Below are positions 55,433-57,586 of a DNA stretch of 57,586 nt, piece after piece. A program made the translations under genes and the position numbers. How positions within the stretch are numbered: the stretch's first letter is position 1; each line of letters begins with the position of its first letter. This stretch comes from Planctomycetota bacterium (GTDB lineage Bacteria > Planctomycetota > SZUA-567 > H5-PLA8 > JBOHNC01). The notes under the pieces were generated by a model that searched no databases, was not told the origin of the DNA, and saw nothing but the letters and a program-made list of their open reading frames with translations. The DNA is taken from assembly GCA_050730415.1 (NCBI GenBank), contig JBOHNC010000270.1:1-57586 (forward strand), read 5' to 3'.

Positions 55433-56218
55433 ATGACGACGTTGGGGCAGGTGCTGGCGAATCGGGAAAATGCGCAGCAATCGACGGGGCCGAAAACTGA
55501 AGCGGGCAAGGCGGCGGCGGCGGCCAACCGTGTTTCGCACGGGCTGACGGCGCTGAAATTCCTGGCCAAGGCTGAGGCGGCCGGGGCGTTCGCGACGTTT
55601 CAAGCGGCGTGCTTGGAGGAGCTGGCGCCGCAGACGGTTTTGCAGATGGAATTGGCTGAGCGGATCGCCGGGCTGATCTGGAAGGTGCGGCGCGCGGAGA
55701 GTCTCGAGACGGCCCTGTGGGACAGCGGCGGCGGGTCGCTCGAAGACATGGCGGTGATGCTCGGCACGCACGCGCGCGAACTGGCGCTGTTGATGCGCTA
55801 CGCGCAGCAGAACAGCCGGCAGTTGGCGGCGGCGCAGGCGCAATACCGGCAGATGCAGGCGGAGGCGCGGCGGCAGCAGGAGGAAATCGCGCAGCGAGCG
55901 GCGGCCGAAGAGCAGGCGCTGGCGCAGACGCTGCGGCAGCGCGAGGAAGACCAGTGGTCGTGCCAGATGGCCGACATCAACGCGATTGCGGCGGGCTGTG
56001 CGGCGTACCGCGCGGTGCTGAATCAGGGCGGGACGAACCAAGAAGCGCTGGCGGCCGATATGCGGACGTGCAAGGAGCGCTACGGCACCGAGCTGCTGCG
56101 GTTCCGCAAGCTGACCGGCCGGCCGGTGGGCCAGTTGATGGAAGCAGGTTTTCTGGAAGCAGAACGGGCGCGGCTGCTGGCCGAAAAGGCGGAAAAGCCG
56201 GCGCAAGCGGAAGCGTAG
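55433..56218 (+). CDS. hypothetical coiled-coil protein (261 aa), orphan gene bracketed by MITE-like repeats
   Basis: The frame has good coding composition. N-terminus NRENAQQSTGPKTEAGKAAAAANRVSHGL, followed by Gln/Ala/Glu-rich helices. An AT-rich promoter-like region lies upstream and a hairpin/T-run lies downstream. Confidence 0.75.
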   Translation: MTTLGQVLANRENAQQSTGPKTEAGKAAAAANRVSHGLTALKFLAKAEAAGAFATFQAACLEELAPQTVLQMELAERIAGLIWKVRRAESLETALWDSGGGSLEDMAVMLGTHARELALLMRYAQQNSRQLAAAQAQYRQMQAEARRQQEEIAQRAAAEEQALAQTLRQREEDQWSCQMADINAIAAGCAAYRAVLNQGGTNQEALAADMRTCKERYGTELLRFRKLTGRPVGQLMEAGFLEAERARLLAEKAEKPAQAEA

Positions 56219-56291
56219 GGGAGTGAAACGGGGGGCATGAAAAAGGCCTCGGACCGGGGGACGGAAAGCGCGAGGCAGATGGCCGAGGCGT

Positions 56292-56455
56292 TGTGGCACG
56301 GGTCGCCAGGCCCGTGATTCGAGGTGGATTTGCAATGCGTTGAGGTGGGTGCAAAACCGGGGACCAGGGTGTGTCTTCGCCGTTTCGGGGGATTTAAAGG
56401 CGCGCGCTTCGCGCGCCTTTTTCTTGCACGGGACTGGCGACCCGTGCCACGGGGC
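56292..56455 (+). mobile_element. MITE-like 164-bp element, copy 2
   Basis: Same length and orientation as 55123-55286. By hand alignment it differs at about 4 positions (e.g. caatCcgtt/caatGcgtt, gatttCaagg/gatttAaagg). It lies 74 bp downstream of the 261-aa ORF's stop. Confidence 0.8.
56397..56425 (+). terminator. intrinsic-terminator-like hairpin carried inside MITE copy 2
   Basis: A 10-bp GC stem AAGGCGCGCG/CGCGCGCCTT with a 3-nt loop is followed by TTTCTT. It lies downstream of the 55433-56218 gene. An identical hairpin sits at 55228-55256 in copy 1. Confidence 0.45.
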
Positions 56456-56637
56456 CTCGGGCGTTTGAGCGGGATGGATGGGCGCGCGGAGCCGTGTGCA
56501 TGGTTTGGACGAAGAGCCGGCAGGATGCCGGCGCTCCCAGGGAAGAGCGCGCTTCGCGCTGTCCCGCGGAAACGCTGGGGGAGTCGCTGGATTTGCTGAC
56601 CAAGGCGGGCTGGTCAGCTCGAACCGCGCCGGAGCGG

Positions 56638-57586
56638 CTACGGGTTGGCGGGTTGGAAGGCGACGACGGTCTGGTCGGCGGCGTCGATGGATTGCAGGAC
56701 TTTTTTGAAGGCGGGGTAGTCGGCGGCGGCGACGAGGCCGGGGCGCATCCGCAGCGTGCGGGTGGCTTCCCAGCGGCCGTTGCTGCCGGGGGTGACGACG
56801 AGGTCGTAGGCGATCAGATTTTTGAAGTCGAAATGCAGGTCGATCGGCTGGGCCGCCACCGGCGCTCGGCTGGCGGCGCGGATGTGGATGAATTCACGGG
56901 CGATGCGCCATTCGTCGAAGTACAGATCCTGCGTGCGCTGCGACAGCGGCGCCCAGCGCGCGGCCAGGCCGCCGAGACTGCGCAGCGGCAGGCGGCAGGC
57001 GAGCCCGCCCTTGGGTTGGACCGTGACGTAGCCGCTGCCGTCGGCCTTGAATTCGGTGGTGAAGGAATTGAAGGCGGGGCTGCCGGGCAGAGTGACCGGG
57101 TCGTCGGCCAGCGCGCGCACCAACCCGTGACCGGTGGCGTTGCCGGGGGGCAGGTTGAGCGGCGAGGTGTCGGCCAGGCGCAGGGTCGGCCAGGTCGGCA
57201 GATGCATGGGGGCGCCCGGCAGGCGGGCGCTCAGGGCGAAATCCACCAGCATCGCGCGCCAGACGGTTTCGGTGTCGAAGCCGCGCTGCGGCCAGCGGGC
57301 GGCGGCGAGCAGTTCACGCTGCGCGGCGGGGCCGTCCCAACTGCCCGAGACGTTCAGTTCGCCCTTGTTCTGGGTGTCGATCGACAGCAGCACGTCGAAG
57401 GTCTCGTACAGGGGCGCGGCGTCGGCGGCGGCCGTGGCGGCGGGAAAGCCGGGGAAGGGCAGGGTGTAGATGCGGCTGAGCGCGGGCGCGCCGCCGGCGG
57501 CCAGGTCGGGCTGCGGGAGGTCGCCGCAGATCACCGCCGTGCCGCCGGCGCTCAAGGCCGGCGCGCCGGTCTGCCCGCTGGAACGG
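56638..57586 (-). CDS. hypothetical protein, 5'-truncated by window end
   Basis: The frame stays open to the window edge: the codons upstream of the ORF-track TTG start at 57555 read ...RSSGQTGAPA with no stop. 316 codons are visible. I recognised no confident family. Confidence 0.75.
   Translation of the reverse strand, partial: RSSGQTGAPALSAGGTAVICGDLPQPDLAAGGAPALSRIYTLPFPGFPAATAAADAAPLYETFDVLLSIDTQNKGELNVSGSWDGPAAQRELLAAARWPQRGFDTETVWRAMLVDFALSARLPGAPMHLPTWPTLRLADTSPLNLPPGNATGHGLVRALADDPVTLPGSPAFNSFTTEFKADGSGYVTVQPKGGLACRLPLRSLGGLAARWAPLSQRTQDLYFDEWRIAREFIHIRAASRAPVAAQPIDLHFDFKNLIAYDLVVTPGSNGRWEATRTLRMRPGLVAAADYPAFKKVLQSIDAADQTVVAFQPANP

Noticed and set aside
1-57586. A search by eye for tRNA T-loop/anticodon-arm signatures, rRNA, RNase P/SRP/tmRNA core motifs, CRISPR-type spaced repeats, transposase/integrase/reverse-transcriptase ORFs and toxin-antitoxin pairs.
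   Set aside because: I recognised none. The only GTTCGA-like strings lie inside well-supported CDSs. Absence should be confirmed with tRNAscan-SE, Infernal/Rfam and a CRISPR finder.

Overview
This is a 57.6-kb, very GC-rich chromosomal segment. By eye most of it is about two-thirds G+C, with a few short AT-rich patches. I support 36 protein-coding genes plus one tentative small ORF. I recognised no rRNA, tRNA, CRISPR array, transposase, integrase or reverse transcriptase.

The gene content looks like a Planctomycetota/PVC-type organism, but that is an inference only. It rests on the following:
- several Hanks-type Ser/Thr kinases
- a cNMP-binding/PATAN (DUF4388) protein
- two membrane-anchored terpenoid-cyclase-fold proteins
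- a 1409-aa alpha-2-macroglobulin
- ankyrin and NHL proteins
- a 1088-aa BatA/VWA membrane protein

Housekeeping and metabolic genes:
- serA, fmt, nadK, hisI and the cysD-cysNC operon
- a Phe/Tyr-to-homogentisate catabolic cluster: hppD, an FAH-family hydrolase, hmgA, a flavin reductase and a convergent phhA
- a DUF72-imuB-dnaE2 mutagenesis-type cassette
- comF, a membrane cytochrome c and a LuxE-like adenylate-forming enzyme

A long co-directional minus-strand block (6374-19839) contains a tight trio: an S26 signal-peptidase homologue that has lost its Ser/Lys dyad, a 602-aa unknown membrane protein and a zinc-ribbon/terpene-cyclase-fold protein. The same block holds a cNMP-PATAN protein translationally adjacent to an atypical kinase.

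The most unusual sequence-level signals are non-coding:
- Two 164-bp MITE-like elements with 24-bp terminal inverted repeats bracket an orphan 261-aa gene.
- A 169-bp inverted-repeat element occurs in two copies whose arms differ by compensatory substitutions.
- Hairpin modules are reused in several intergenic spacers in a mosaic pattern.
- A related family of in-frame 9-bp tandem repeats sits inside comF, the LuxE-like gene and dnaE2.
- A perfect 22-bp palindrome lies next to a sigma70-like promoter of cysD.
- A roughly 3-kb lower-GC island carries a secreted GH42-like protein.

The many long Arg/Ala/Gly-rich ORFs antisense to real genes are GC-content artefacts. All functional calls rest on motif recognition by eye; no database search was run.
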